Of a stretch of 36,173 nucleotides of DNA, positions 1 to 9,035 are shown one piece after another. Under the pieces are notes generated by a model that did not search any database, was not told the DNA's origin, and saw only the letters and a program-made list of their open reading frames with translations. The position numbers were made by a program, and so were the translations under genes. The DNA lies in the NCBI GenBank assembly GCA_000493965.1, contig AWNV01000030.1, positions 1 to 36,173 of the forward strand, written 5' to 3'. Source of the DNA: Candidatus Aminicenans sakinawicola JGI OTU-1. GTDB taxonomy: Bacteria > Acidobacteriota > Aminicenantia > Aminicenantales > Aminicenantaceae. Within the stretch, counting starts at the first letter, position 1; every line of letters starts with the position of its first letter.

Positions 1-126
1 GGAAAAATCAAAGTAATTAGCAGATATAATGGAGAATGAATATTGGTATCAGCAATTTTTATGAATAACCCAGGAGGACTTGACGAAAGCAAGTATAACA
101 AGTAACTTTAAGATGGAAAAGTTAAA

Positions 127-477
127 ATGACCAAAAAAACAATATTTTCTATTATTCTGATTGTTCCCCTTATGTTTATTATTTCTGGCTGTGTTTCTTC
201 CATTAACCAAAACCAGCTTAGTTATGGCATTCAGGCCGCTAAAAAAGATTTGTGGAATGAAGCTATCTTCCGCTGGGAAAAATGCTTAAAATCTAATCCA
301 AATTCTGCATCAGCACACAACAACCTGGCTGTGGCTTATGAAAAAAAAGGTCTACTGGATAAAGCAAAAAAAGAATACGAAGCGGCATTAAAAATCAGCC
401 CGGGAAATAAACATATCAAATCAAACTATGAAAATTTTAAAAAAGCCAGAGAGAACACCGATGATGAAAAAAAATAG
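127..477 (+). CDS. Small TPR-repeat lipoprotein (signal peptide plus lipobox, one to two TPR motifs)
   Basis: The N-terminus MTKKTIFSIILIVPLMFIISGC has a hydrophobic core followed by Cys, a lipobox-like ISGC. The motif AHNNLAVAYEKKGLLDKAKKEYEAALKISPGN fits the TPR consensus. A GGAAAAG stretch precedes the ATG. Its 3' end overlaps the next ORF, suggesting an operon. Confidence 0.6.
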   Translation: MTKKTIFSIILIVPLMFIISGCVSSINQNQLSYGIQAAKKDLWNEAIFRWEKCLKSNPNSASAHNNLAVAYEKKGLLDKAKKEYEAALKISPGNKHIKSNYENFKKARENTDDEKK

Positions 478-1120
478 GTTCATTCTTTTAATTATCATTC
501 TGATTCTTTCTTCCTGTACATCAAACGAATACTGGAAAGTAAGAATTGAAGTTTCTCAAAAACCTGCTGTCAATCTCGATAAATTTAAAGAATTTATCAT
601 TACCGACTTCTTTGTAAAAAAAGAAACAAAAAATTTCAACATCAATAATGAACTCAAAGACTATTTTGCTACAGAACTCGGGCAAACACTTGAAAATAAA
701 ATCTCCTCAAAGGAAATTCCTTTAGAGAAAGAAGACGTTTTCAAGGATGAGGATTTCTGGAAAAATCTTTCCGTCGACGCAAAAGAATCCGTTCTTTTTA
801 CGGGAAGCATTCAATACACACAGGAAACCCGCAAGGCCCTTATAAAGAAGCTAAAGAAAGAGCAGGAAAGCCCATTCACATCAGAATCAAAATTCGCTCA
901 AAGAAAATTTTACACTCTTCAGCTTGAGGTTTATCTCATTGACACACAAACAGGAAAAATTGTGTACAAAAGAAATTTCAGAGAAACAAAAGCCTATAAA
1001 AATCCAAACCAGACTGCCTATTTCGCATTCTTTGACCTTGTTAAGAATATCAAGGATAAGCTTTTCGCCCATATGCTCGGTATTAAAAAAATCCAGGAAA
1101 GATATATCATTTCTAACTAA
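461..1120 (+). CDS. Hypothetical lipoprotein
   Basis: The ORF track begins at 428. The internal start MMKKNRFILLIIILILSSC at 461 gives a canonical signal peptide plus a lipobox Cys. No recognisable catalytic motif. It is co-directional with, and 18 nt upstream of, the large OM protein gene. Confidence 0.5.
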   Translation: MMKKNRFILLIIILILSSCTSNEYWKVRIEVSQKPAVNLDKFKEFIITDFFVKKETKNFNINNELKDYFATELGQTLENKISSKEIPLEKEDVFKDEDFWKNLSVDAKESVLFTGSIQYTQETRKALIKKLKKEQESPFTSESKFAQRKFYTLQLEVYLIDTQTGKIVYKRNFRETKAYKNPNQTAYFAFFDLVKNIKDKLFAHMLGIKKIQERYIISN

Positions 1121-1138
1121 ATTAAACGGGGAGAAAAT

Positions 1139-4096
1139 ATGAAAAATTTAATAAAACATATCACATTTTTCCTTCTTTTAGCTGCTTTGGTATCTTCTGG
1201 TTTCTCACAATTCATATATTTCCCTTACTACGGGAAAAATAAAGTCCTTTATACAAAATTTGATTGGGACCACTACGAGACGGATCATTTCGATATTTAC
1301 TATTACTCCAAAGATGACCGAACTCTAAAAAGAATTGCAGAATTAGCCGAAAGCGCATACAAAAGAATAAGCAATGACATTAAGCACGACCTTTCCGCCA
1401 AAGTGCCCTTTCTTTATTATTGCACGACAACTGATTTCCAGCAGACAAATCTTTTTCAGATGCCAGAGGGAGTACTGGGCGCAGCAGAACCCCTCCTTTA
1501 CCGCGTTGCCCTGCACGGAGACATGCCTGATGACGAACTCCAAGACCTTGTAGAACATGAATTGACACATATCTTTGAGTACGACCTGCTCTGGGGAAGT
1601 CCGGGAGGAGTACTTTATTCGGTTTCCCAACCTGCTAGCTGGATTATGGAAGGCTTTTCAGAGTATAATACACATAACTGGTCCTGCTGGTCCTCTTTAA
1701 TCGTACGCGACAGCGTTCTCAACGACAGGATTCCAGAAATAAACAAAATGGGAGAGCTGTCTTCTCAATACCTGCTGCCTCGAGATCCAGCTTACGACTT
1801 TGGTCATGCAATATATGAATTTATTGAGTTCAAATACGGAAAAAATGGAATCCAGTCCTTCTGGCATTCAATGAAGAACTCTTCTCTCGCTGGGAAAACT
1901 TACCCTATAAAAAGAGCCTTCAACAAAGAACACAAAGAGTTTAATTACGAATTCAAAAAATACCTTCGTAACAAATTCAAACCCTTTCTCTTAAGGGAAA
2001 ACCCTGAAGATTACAGCCTTCCCATAGGTCCTGAATTCCCTTTAAACCCATATTACTTTTCCTTCTCTCATGCTCTTTCTCCATCAGGAGATATAGTTGC
2101 CATCCTCACTTATAATGTTAAAGACAGCGACATCGATATTGTTCTTCTTTCAACAAAGGACGGAAGTGTTATCAAGAACATTACAAAGGGCTATACACTT
2201 AAGTACGAGCACATTAAAAGGGAAATCGATCCGTCCAAGGGAAAAGACCTCTCGTGGTCTCCGGATGGAGACATGATTGCTTTCTTCGGCCGGGCAGGGC
2301 AAAAACATTCGCTCTATATTGTAAACGCATTAACAGGAAAAACCTTAAGAACAATTAAGATTCCTTACGACCAGCCCGCATCCCCTTGCTTCTTTCCTGA
2401 GAAAGAAGAGCTTCTTTTTACTGCGTTCCAAAACGGCATTCCAGACATATTCAAAATAAACCTTGAGAACGGCAAAATCCTTAACATGACAGAAGACGAC
2501 GCCTTTGAGAAGGCTCCCAGTATTTCACCTGACGGAAAAGTTGTTGCCTATACAATTCATCTCGATACTTATGACAAACTTTTTCTGTCCCCAACAAACA
2601 ATTTAAAAAATAAGACCCAGCTTACTTTCGGAAGGGCTAACACAATCACTCCTGAGTTCTCTCGAGATTCAGAAAAAATATATTTTTCTGGCGATACTCG
2701 AGGTGCGTTCAATATTTACTCTTTAAACCTGAAAACAGGCGAACTCAAACGCTATACAGATGTCACGACAGGAAACTTTTTTCCTTTTCCTCATCCGAAA
2801 GGTCCCAAAACAATAATATTTTCTTCATTCAACAAGGGGTCATTTCAAGTCTTCAAGAGCGATCTCGAAGGAGAAGTCGAGAAAAACATCTCTTTTGCTG
2901 AAAAATCACCTGATGATGAATTCAAGAAGTTTGAGCCCATAGTGACTTTCGAAATTGACAAGAAAAAGATTCAAGCACATAAAGGCATGGGCAAATTATA
3001 TCTTACAGGCCGACCTCCTGTTGATACTATTATTTCAACAGATGGTTCAATATACGGAGGTTCTGCCCTCTCTTTTTCCGATCTGTTTAGAGATTATACC
3101 TTTTCGCTCACAGCTTACCAGGTAAGAAATTTCCGTTCCTACTATTTCTCCTATCTTAATCAAAAAAACAGACTGCAATACATGGCATCAGCTTTTCAGT
3201 ATACTATCTTTTATTATCCTTCTTATTATTACTTTAATCCTTCTCTTTTCAACTTTCTGTCATACCGCGACGCTATTGCCACAAGAAAAATCTCAGGAAT
3301 AAACGTCAGCGCCTATTATCCTTTCAACCTGTACTACAGAACACAAGCAACCTTATCTTACAATCACTACGAAGAAGATTTTTACGACCCTTACCTCAAT
3401 CAATTTTATGGGGGCGGTGGCTACTCTATGTTCTGGAATGGAAGCATGATTTCAACCTCTCTCTCTCTTACAGGGGAAACCACTCACTTCAAATACTATG
3501 GCCCTGCAGCAGGCAATACTTTCCAATTTGGTGTAACTCAGGGAATTCCAATTTCAAGCAGCTTCCTCCGGAATACAACTGTTCAAGCGGACTACCGGAA
3601 GTACCTCAATATCGGAAGCGATTTCCTCCTGGCTTTTCGTATAAATTGTTTCGTCAGCCGCGGAAAAAATCCATATATCACCTATTTTGGAGGAAACAAC
3701 CAGGTGCGATCAGCTTATTACTATAGTATTGTCGGAAATGAGGGTTGGTATTCAAACCTTGAATTCCGATTCCCTGTCATAAACGCTGCTAATACTATTA
3801 TTGGACAAATTGGACCTGTTCGAGGAACTCTCTTCTTTGATGTTTCCCGTTCAAAACTAAAAGGATACTCCGCTCAATTTGCCTCATATGTTGGAACTGA
3901 TGAATACGGACTTCCTGAATACAGATTCTTTGATGCTCTAGGATCCTACGGTTTCGGTTTCCAATTTTTCTTTTTGGGGCTGCCTTTCCATATAGAATTT
4001 GTAAAGAGGCTGGAATTTCCTGATTTTTCTAACCCTCTCAAGTTTGATACGTTTGGAAAATTTCAGACGAAATTTTGGATTGGTTTCGACTTTTAA
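1139..4096 (+). CDS. Large outer-membrane protein with a zincin-like (Peptidase_MA-like, HEXXH) domain, a TolB/PD40-like beta-propeller and an Omp85/BamA-type C-terminal beta-barrel
   Basis: There is an N-terminal signal peptide (FFLLLAALVSSGFSQ). HELTH lies at nt 1553-1570, with MEGFSEY about 30 residues downstream, matching the HExxH...EGxAEY pattern of MA-clan zincins. Repeated SPSGD/SPDGD/SPDGK/SRDSEK motifs are typical of PD40 propeller blades. The C-terminal roughly 340 aa is rich in Y/G/S/F with alternating hydrophobicity. The stretches EFRFPV...GTLFFDVSRS and GFGFQFFF...KFWIGFDF end in a terminal Phe, which is the Omp85 surface-antigen barrel signature. Confidence 0.75.
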   Translation: MKNLIKHITFFLLLAALVSSGFSQFIYFPYYGKNKVLYTKFDWDHYETDHFDIYYYSKDDRTLKRIAELAESAYKRISNDIKHDLSAKVPFLYYCTTTDFQQTNLFQMPEGVLGAAEPLLYRVALHGDMPDDELQDLVEHELTHIFEYDLLWGSPGGVLYSVSQPASWIMEGFSEYNTHNWSCWSSLIVRDSVLNDRIPEINKMGELSSQYLLPRDPAYDFGHAIYEFIEFKYGKNGIQSFWHSMKNSSLAGKTYPIKRAFNKEHKEFNYEFKKYLRNKFKPFLLRENPEDYSLPIGPEFPLNPYYFSFSHALSPSGDIVAILTYNVKDSDIDIVLLSTKDGSVIKNITKGYTLKYEHIKREIDPSKGKDLSWSPDGDMIAFFGRAGQKHSLYIVNALTGKTLRTIKIPYDQPASPCFFPEKEELLFTAFQNGIPDIFKINLENGKILNMTEDDAFEKAPSISPDGKVVAYTIHLDTYDKLFLSPTNNLKNKTQLTFGRANTITPEFSRDSEKIYFSGDTRGAFNIYSLNLKTGELKRYTDVTTGNFFPFPHPKGPKTIIFSSFNKGSFQVFKSDLEGEVEKNISFAEKSPDDEFKKFEPIVTFEIDKKKIQAHKGMGKLYLTGRPPVDTIISTDGSIYGGSALSFSDLFRDYTFSLTAYQVRNFRSYYFSYLNQKNRLQYMASAFQYTIFYYPSYYYFNPSLFNFLSYRDAIATRKISGINVSAYYPFNLYYRTQATLSYNHYEEDFYDPYLNQFYGGGGYSMFWNGSMISTSLSLTGETTHFKYYGPAAGNTFQFGVTQGIPISSSFLRNTTVQADYRKYLNIGSDFLLAFRINCFVSRGKNPYITYFGGNNQVRSAYYYSIVGNEGWYSNLEFRFPVINAANTIIGQIGPVRGTLFFDVSRSKLKGYSAQFASYVGTDEYGLPEYRFFDALGSYGFGFQFFFLGLPFHIEFVKRLEFPDFSNPLKFDTFGKFQTKFWIGFDF

Positions 4097-4186
4097 AAAA
4101 ATTGATATAAACTTCTTGAAATCCAAAAATGGGAGTGTTATCATACCCGTGCCTCCTCAAAATCGGCAACCAGCAAAACCTTAAGG

Positions 4187-4218
4187 TTTTCCACAGTTGT
4201 GGAAAATTATGTGGAAAT
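4187..4218. promoter_or_regulatory. Cluster of three DnaA-box-like 9-mers, two forming a perfect palindrome, immediately upstream of dnaA
   Basis: TTTTCCACA at 4187-4195 and its exact reverse complement TGTGGAAAA at 4198-4206 are separated by 2 nt. TGTGGAAAT at 4210-4218 is a third, weaker box. The consensus is TTATCCACA, and the first two boxes differ from it at one position each. The position, 14-45 nt upstream of the dnaA ATG, fits dnaA autoregulation or the oriC-proximal box cluster. Confidence 0.55.
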
Positions 4219-4231
4219 CTTAATTATAAAA

Positions 4232-5563
4232 ATGCAACACGAAGATAAATTTAACTATTGGTTACAAATCAAAAATAATATTAAAGATAAAATTGATAAA
4301 AACAGCTATGAAACCTGGCTTGATCCTCCTGTCTATATAGGAAAGGAAGACAATATTATTTACATAAAGGTTCCTAATTCTTATTTTAAAGAGTGGCTGT
4401 CATTTCACTACTCAAAACTAATAGATAAATCCTCTCAAGAATTATTTGGTAAGGTTTATGAAATAAAATATATTTTAGAAGAGACGACATCTTCATTCAT
4501 ACGCCGGCCTCCAGGCGAGAGAAAATCAAAACACGGCTCTTTGTTAAATCCTAATTTAAATCCTAAATATACTTTTGAAAATTTTATTGTCGGCTCATGC
4601 AACCAGTTCGCACATGCGGCTGCAATCGCAGTGTCTAAAAACCCTGCCACATCATATAATCCTCTCTATATTTACGGTGGTGCAGGCCTAGGAAAAACCC
4701 ATCTGATGAACGCTATTGGACATTATATTCTAAACGATATCCGTGGACTAAAAATATTATATATTACAACTGAGAAGTTTATGAATGACCTTATTAATCA
4801 TTTACAATACGGGAAAATCCTTGATTTTCGTCAGAAATACCGGAGCATAGACGTGCTCCTTATAGATGATATCCACTACCTTGCAGGAAGAGAAAGAACA
4901 AAAGAAGAATTCTTCCACACATTCAACCATCTTTACGACAGCCAGAAGCAAATAGTTATATCAAGCGATTGCCCACCTAAAGAGATACCAAACCTCGAAG
5001 AAAGATTTCGTTCCCGTTTTGAATGGGGCTTAATTGCTGACCTAAAGCCTCCAGATATTGAAACGAGGATTGCTATCCTTAAAAAAAAATCAGAGTTAGA
5101 CGGAATCAATCTACCTGAAAGCGTAGCTTTATATATTGCAGATAAAGTTCACTCTAATGTAAGAGAGCTTGAAGGATTCTTGCGACGTGTTATTGCTTAC
5201 GCTTCACTCAAAGGAAAAGAGATAGACCTAGATATTACTAAAGATGCATTGAAAGACTTGTTGGATTCCACATCAAATATTATTACGGTAGAAAAAATTC
5301 AAAATATCATTTGTCATAACTTTAAGATGAATCTATCCCAACTAAAGTCGAAAAATAACTCCCCAAAGGTTGTCTTTCCAAGACAGATCGCTATGTACTT
5401 ATCAAAGGAGCTTACGAAAAGTTCTCTTCCAGAAATAGGAAAAAAATTCGGTGGAAAACATCATACAACTGTAATTCACAGTATTCAAAAAATAGAAAAG
5501 ATGCGAAATGAAAGTCCAGAATTCAACAGAGAAATAAACAAAATAATTGACTATATTCACTAG
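4232..5563 (+). CDS. dnaA: Chromosomal replication initiator protein DnaA
   Basis: The AAA+ Walker A is GGAGLGKTHL. A Walker B / sensor region follows (VLLIDDIHYLAGRERTKEEFFHTFN). The C-terminal DnaA-box-binding helix-turn-helix is KFGGKHHTTVIHSIQKIE. The ORF track starts at a GTG at 4199. The ATG at 4232 (MQHEDKFNYWL...) is preferred because the boxes sit just upstream. Confidence 0.95.
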   Translation: MQHEDKFNYWLQIKNNIKDKIDKNSYETWLDPPVYIGKEDNIIYIKVPNSYFKEWLSFHYSKLIDKSSQELFGKVYEIKYILEETTSSFIRRPPGERKSKHGSLLNPNLNPKYTFENFIVGSCNQFAHAAAIAVSKNPATSYNPLYIYGGAGLGKTHLMNAIGHYILNDIRGLKILYITTEKFMNDLINHLQYGKILDFRQKYRSIDVLLIDDIHYLAGRERTKEEFFHTFNHLYDSQKQIVISSDCPPKEIPNLEERFRSRFEWGLIADLKPPDIETRIAILKKKSELDGINLPESVALYIADKVHSNVRELEGFLRRVIAYASLKGKEIDLDITKDALKDLLDSTSNIITVEKIQNIICHNFKMNLSQLKSKNNSPKVVFPRQIAMYLSKELTKSSLPEIGKKFGGKHHTTVIHSIQKIEKMRNESPEFNREINKIIDYIH

Positions 5564-5674
5564 AAGAATCAATCTATTATGAAATTTTTTCACATTTCAT
5601 TTGCTTTTATAATTATTGTTATTTATTTTTATCTATAATTAGATAATAATAATCTAATATAGAGAGGTGGAAAA
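5564..5674. other. AT-rich dnaA-dnaN intergenic spacer, a candidate DNA-unwinding element or oriC segment
   Basis: This 111-bp spacer is by eye roughly 80-85 percent A+T, with ATAAT/TTATT runs. Only degenerate DnaA boxes are present (TTTTTCACA, TTATCTATA, two mismatches each). In many bacteria oriC or its DUE lies between dnaA and dnaN. Confidence 0.4.
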
Positions 5675-6775
5675 ATGAAATTTATAATTGAAAAAGAAAG
5701 AATCCTTAAGGAGCTACAAATATTTCAAGGAATTCTAGAAAAAAGAAGTACAATGCCTATACTGGCAAATATATTAATTAGTGTATTAGAGGATAGAATT
5801 GAAATAACTGGAACTGACCTGGAGGTAGGAATAAAATGCCATTTTCCAGCCAGGATGTATGAGAAAGGGGTAATTACAATATCAGGTAAGAAGTTATTTG
5901 AAATAGTTAAATCCATTTCAGAGGGGAAAGAAGTTGTTTTTGAAGAGAGCAATGACTTAATGATGAAGATTTCTGCAGGCGACAGTCAATTTAAAGTGCT
6001 GTGCTTGTCCAAAGAAGACTACCCTCCGGTTCCTGAGCCGAAATTTATAAAAAACATTTTTCTCCAAGGCGATAAAGTAAGGGAGATGATAGAAAAGGTA
6101 TATTTTTCAATAACACAGGAACAGAGGTACTATTTAAATGGTGCGCTAATGATGCTTAAGAATGATACTATGGAGTTAGTAAGCACGGATGGGCATAGAC
6201 TTGCTTACACTTCGGTATCTATGGACAATATGAACTTAGAAAGCGAAATAAAAGGAATAGTGTCAAAAAAGACTCTTGGTGAATTAAAAAAATTTGAAGA
6301 TGATTCTATTGAATTTGACCTTGATGAAAATAATTTATTTTTCAGGGTTGGAAACAGAACACTTATTTCAAGAGTGATTGATGGTAAATTTCCAAATTAT
6401 GAAGCTGTTATCCCGAGCGACAATAAAAACATAATGATTGTTTCGAGAGAAGAATTTGCAGATGCGATTAGAAGGGTTTCTCTTTTATCTACAGAGAGAT
6501 CAAGAGGAGTCAAGTTTAATATTGAAAAAGACCAATTAAGACTATTCTCATCTAGTCCTGAAATTGGAGAAGCCAAGGATAAGGTTGATATTGACTACGA
6601 TGGCGAACAAATCGAGGTGGGATTTAACTCTCAGTATCTTCTTGATTTTCTTTCAATTGTAAAATCAGACAAGGTTCGGTTTGAACTAAAGGATGAAAAC
6701 AGCGCTGTATTAATTAAACCAGAAAACAACGAAGAGATAGAATATAAGTATGTGTTAATGCCAATGAAGATTTAA
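5675..6775 (+). CDS. dnaN: DNA polymerase III beta subunit (sliding clamp)
   Basis: The N-terminus MKFIIEKERILKELQIFQGILEKRSTMPILANILI is a classic DnaN start. The length of 366 aa and the three-domain layout fit, and the gene sits directly downstream of dnaA. A GAGAGGTGG RBS is present. Confidence 0.95.
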   Translation: MKFIIEKERILKELQIFQGILEKRSTMPILANILISVLEDRIEITGTDLEVGIKCHFPARMYEKGVITISGKKLFEIVKSISEGKEVVFEESNDLMMKISAGDSQFKVLCLSKEDYPPVPEPKFIKNIFLQGDKVREMIEKVYFSITQEQRYYLNGALMMLKNDTMELVSTDGHRLAYTSVSMDNMNLESEIKGIVSKKTLGELKKFEDDSIEFDLDENNLFFRVGNRTLISRVIDGKFPNYEAVIPSDNKNIMIVSREEFADAIRRVSLLSTERSRGVKFNIEKDQLRLFSSSPEIGEAKDKVDIDYDGEQIEVGFNSQYLLDFLSIVKSDKVRFELKDENSAVLIKPENNEEIEYKYVLMPMKI

Positions 6776-6844
6776 AAGGAAGCCTTTGTTTCAATCTCTA
6801 ATATAAAATTTTCCTAGGTTTATTCAAAATAAGGTAGGGGAATA

Positions 6845-7357
6845 ATGCTGAAAAGAAAAGAAAACAAGAATGGGGGTCTGTCAAAATATACAAACATCCA
6901 GTTAAGTGCACTGGTAATCTTGAGAGTTTTAATTGGGTGGCACTTTCTATATGAAGGAATAACAAAGTTGGTTAATCCCTACTGGTCGGCGGCTGGATAT
7001 CTATCAGAGTCAAAATGGATACTGTCGGGTTTGTTCAGATCTATTTTAACAAGCGAGACCGTTTTAAAGATAGTCGATTTTTTAAATATATGGGGATTGA
7101 TTGCAATAGGAATCGCGTTGATTGCAGGATGTATGACAAAGACTGCTAGTATTTCAGCGATTGTCCTTCTGTTTTTATATTATATGTGTAATCCTCCGTT
7201 TATTGGGTATGAATACACGACTCCTGCAGAAGGAGCCTATTTAATCGTGAATAAGAATTTAATCGAGATGTTTGCCTTGTTTGTTTTAACATTATTCCCT
7301 ACTGGAAAGATTATTGGATTAGATAGGCTAATATCCAGAAAAAAGAGGCCTGAGTGA
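6845..7357 (+). CDS. DoxX-family-like small integral membrane protein
   Basis: There are four predicted TM helices in 170 aa. The first-helix pattern LRVLIGWHFLYEGITK resembles the DoxX N-terminus. Confidence 0.5.
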   Translation: MLKRKENKNGGLSKYTNIQLSALVILRVLIGWHFLYEGITKLVNPYWSAAGYLSESKWILSGLFRSILTSETVLKIVDFLNIWGLIAIGIALIAGCMTKTASISAIVLLFLYYMCNPPFIGYEYTTPAEGAYLIVNKNLIEMFALFVLTLFPTGKIIGLDRLISRKKRPE

Positions 7358-7375
7358 ATTATTTTGAGGCGCTAA

Positions 7376-8983
7376 ATGATTAAAGACATAGATATTAAAA
7401 CTACTGATAAGAAAACAGAAGAAACCGAAAAAAAGGGGATTATTAGGAGAAGAGATATTCTCAAAGGATTGGCTGCTGTACCTGTATTCGGCGCGTTTTT
7501 TTATAGCCTTTACAAAAAGAATTTGCTGGATGATCTAAAAAGGAAGGAAATCCTTAATGAACTAGGAATTATTGGAAAGAGGCCTGCAGTTCTTCCAGAC
7601 AGCACCATGAAAAAACCTGGTGAGTTAATAAGGCTTGGGATAATCGGATTCGGAGGCAGAGGGGAATACCTTGCAAAAGCAGGGGGTTTCGCACACCCTG
7701 ACTGGATAGAAAGAAAGCGAAAAGATGCAAAGAAAAACAGAATGGATAGGGCGCTGGAAAACTTTTTAAATCAGGAAGATTTGAATGTTGAGCTGGCAGG
7801 TGTTTGCGATGTGTTTGATGTTAGGGCGGAACGCGGCATTGCAGCTTCTAAAAATGACACCAGACCCGGAGGCAAAGGCAGGGAATTGAAGGGAGCTAAG
7901 CGGTACCTGCATTATCAGGATTTAATTCAGAGCAGGGACATTGATGCAGTAATCATCGCTACCCCTGATCATTGGCATGCCCAGATGACCGTAGATGCCG
8001 CAAATGCAGGAAAACATGTCTACTGTGAAAAGTGTATAACCCGTACAGAAGAAGAAGTCTACAAGGTAGTTGATGTGATTAAAAAAAGTGGTGTTGTCTT
8101 CCAGCTCGGACATCAGAATCCTCAGCAAGAAACATTTATCAAGGCCAAGGAAATAATTTGTAAGAATATTCTCGGAGCAATCACTCTTGTAGAGACAACA
8201 ACAAACAGAAATTCTCCCAATGGTGCATGGGTTTACGAAATTCACGAGAAGGCAAGTGATCAAACCATTGATTGGGAGCAATTTCAAGGACCTGCTCCTC
8301 ATAAAGTGCCTTTCAGCCTGGAAAGATTTTTCCGGTGGAGGTGTTGGTATGATTATGGAACAGGCCTCTCCGGGGATTTGCTTTCTCATGAATATGATGC
8401 AGTTAATCAGATTTTAGATCTCGGTATTCCAAAATCAGCAACAGCTTCGGGCGGGATTTACTTCTACAAAGATGGTCGTGATGTCCCTGATGTATTCCAG
8501 GTAGTTTTTGAATATCCCTCCAGGAATTTAACAGTTGTATACAGCGCCACGCTTTCAAGCGGACGGGTACGAGGGAGGGTATTCATGGGCCATGATGCTT
8601 CCATGGAAGTCGGGAGCACCCTGACGGTAAATGCTGACAACGAGTCGACGCGGTATAAAGAAAAGATAAAAAATAAAATTATAGACACCTCATTGCCGCT
8701 GTTCTCTTTCCATCCTGGATTAAAAGGAATAGATACTATTACTTCAGCAACAAAAAGGTATTTTACGACGAAAGGATTAATGTACACATATAGAGACGGG
8801 AAGCATATTGATTTGACGCATCTTCATGTAAAAGAGTGGATTGACTGTATCAGAAACGGAAAGAAGCCGAGCTGTGGTATTGATCGCGGTTTTCAGGAAG
8901 GAATAACCTGCCATATGGCGACGAAATCCTTTCTTGAAGGACGCAAAGTAGAATGGGATCCAGTTAAGAGAAAAATAATTTAG
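7376..8983 (+). CDS. Gfo/Idh/MocA-family NAD(P)-dependent oxidoreductase with a twin-arginine (Tat) signal peptide
   Basis: The Tat motif is GIIRRRDILKGLAAVPVFGAFF. The Rossmann N-terminus is LGIIGFGGRG. ATPDHWHA matches the conserved Gfo/Idh/MocA motif. Confidence 0.8.
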   Translation: MIKDIDIKTTDKKTEETEKKGIIRRRDILKGLAAVPVFGAFFYSLYKKNLLDDLKRKEILNELGIIGKRPAVLPDSTMKKPGELIRLGIIGFGGRGEYLAKAGGFAHPDWIERKRKDAKKNRMDRALENFLNQEDLNVELAGVCDVFDVRAERGIAASKNDTRPGGKGRELKGAKRYLHYQDLIQSRDIDAVIIATPDHWHAQMTVDAANAGKHVYCEKCITRTEEEVYKVVDVIKKSGVVFQLGHQNPQQETFIKAKEIICKNILGAITLVETTTNRNSPNGAWVYEIHEKASDQTIDWEQFQGPAPHKVPFSLERFFRWRCWYDYGTGLSGDLLSHEYDAVNQILDLGIPKSATASGGIYFYKDGRDVPDVFQVVFEYPSRNLTVVYSATLSSGRVRGRVFMGHDASMEVGSTLTVNADNESTRYKEKIKNKIIDTSLPLFSFHPGLKGIDTITSATKRYFTTKGLMYTYRDGKHIDLTHLHVKEWIDCIRNGKKPSCGIDRGFQEGITCHMATKSFLEGRKVEWDPVKRKII

Positions 8984-9035
8984 GATAAATGAGGAGGCTT
9001 GTTTTAAAATCAACTCATGGGAGAGAAAGGGAATA

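Noticed and set aside
1-126. Short ATG-initiated frames (MENEYWYQQFL and MNNPGGLDESKYNK) at the window start
   Set aside because: They are under 15 codons and show no conservation cues. They are more likely the untranslated leader of the lipoprotein operon.
4199-4231. A GTG start extending dnaA by 11 codons, as used by the ORF track
   Set aside because: The extension would place the start codon inside the palindromic DnaA boxes. The downstream ATG gives a canonical DnaA N-terminus. Similar TTG/GTG track starts at 18537, 23081 and 27892 were also replaced by better-supported internal starts.
7922-8389. A 155-aa minus-strand ORF inside the Tat oxidoreductase gene
   Set aside because: It lies antisense to a strongly supported CDS. 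It has no motif and no RBS.
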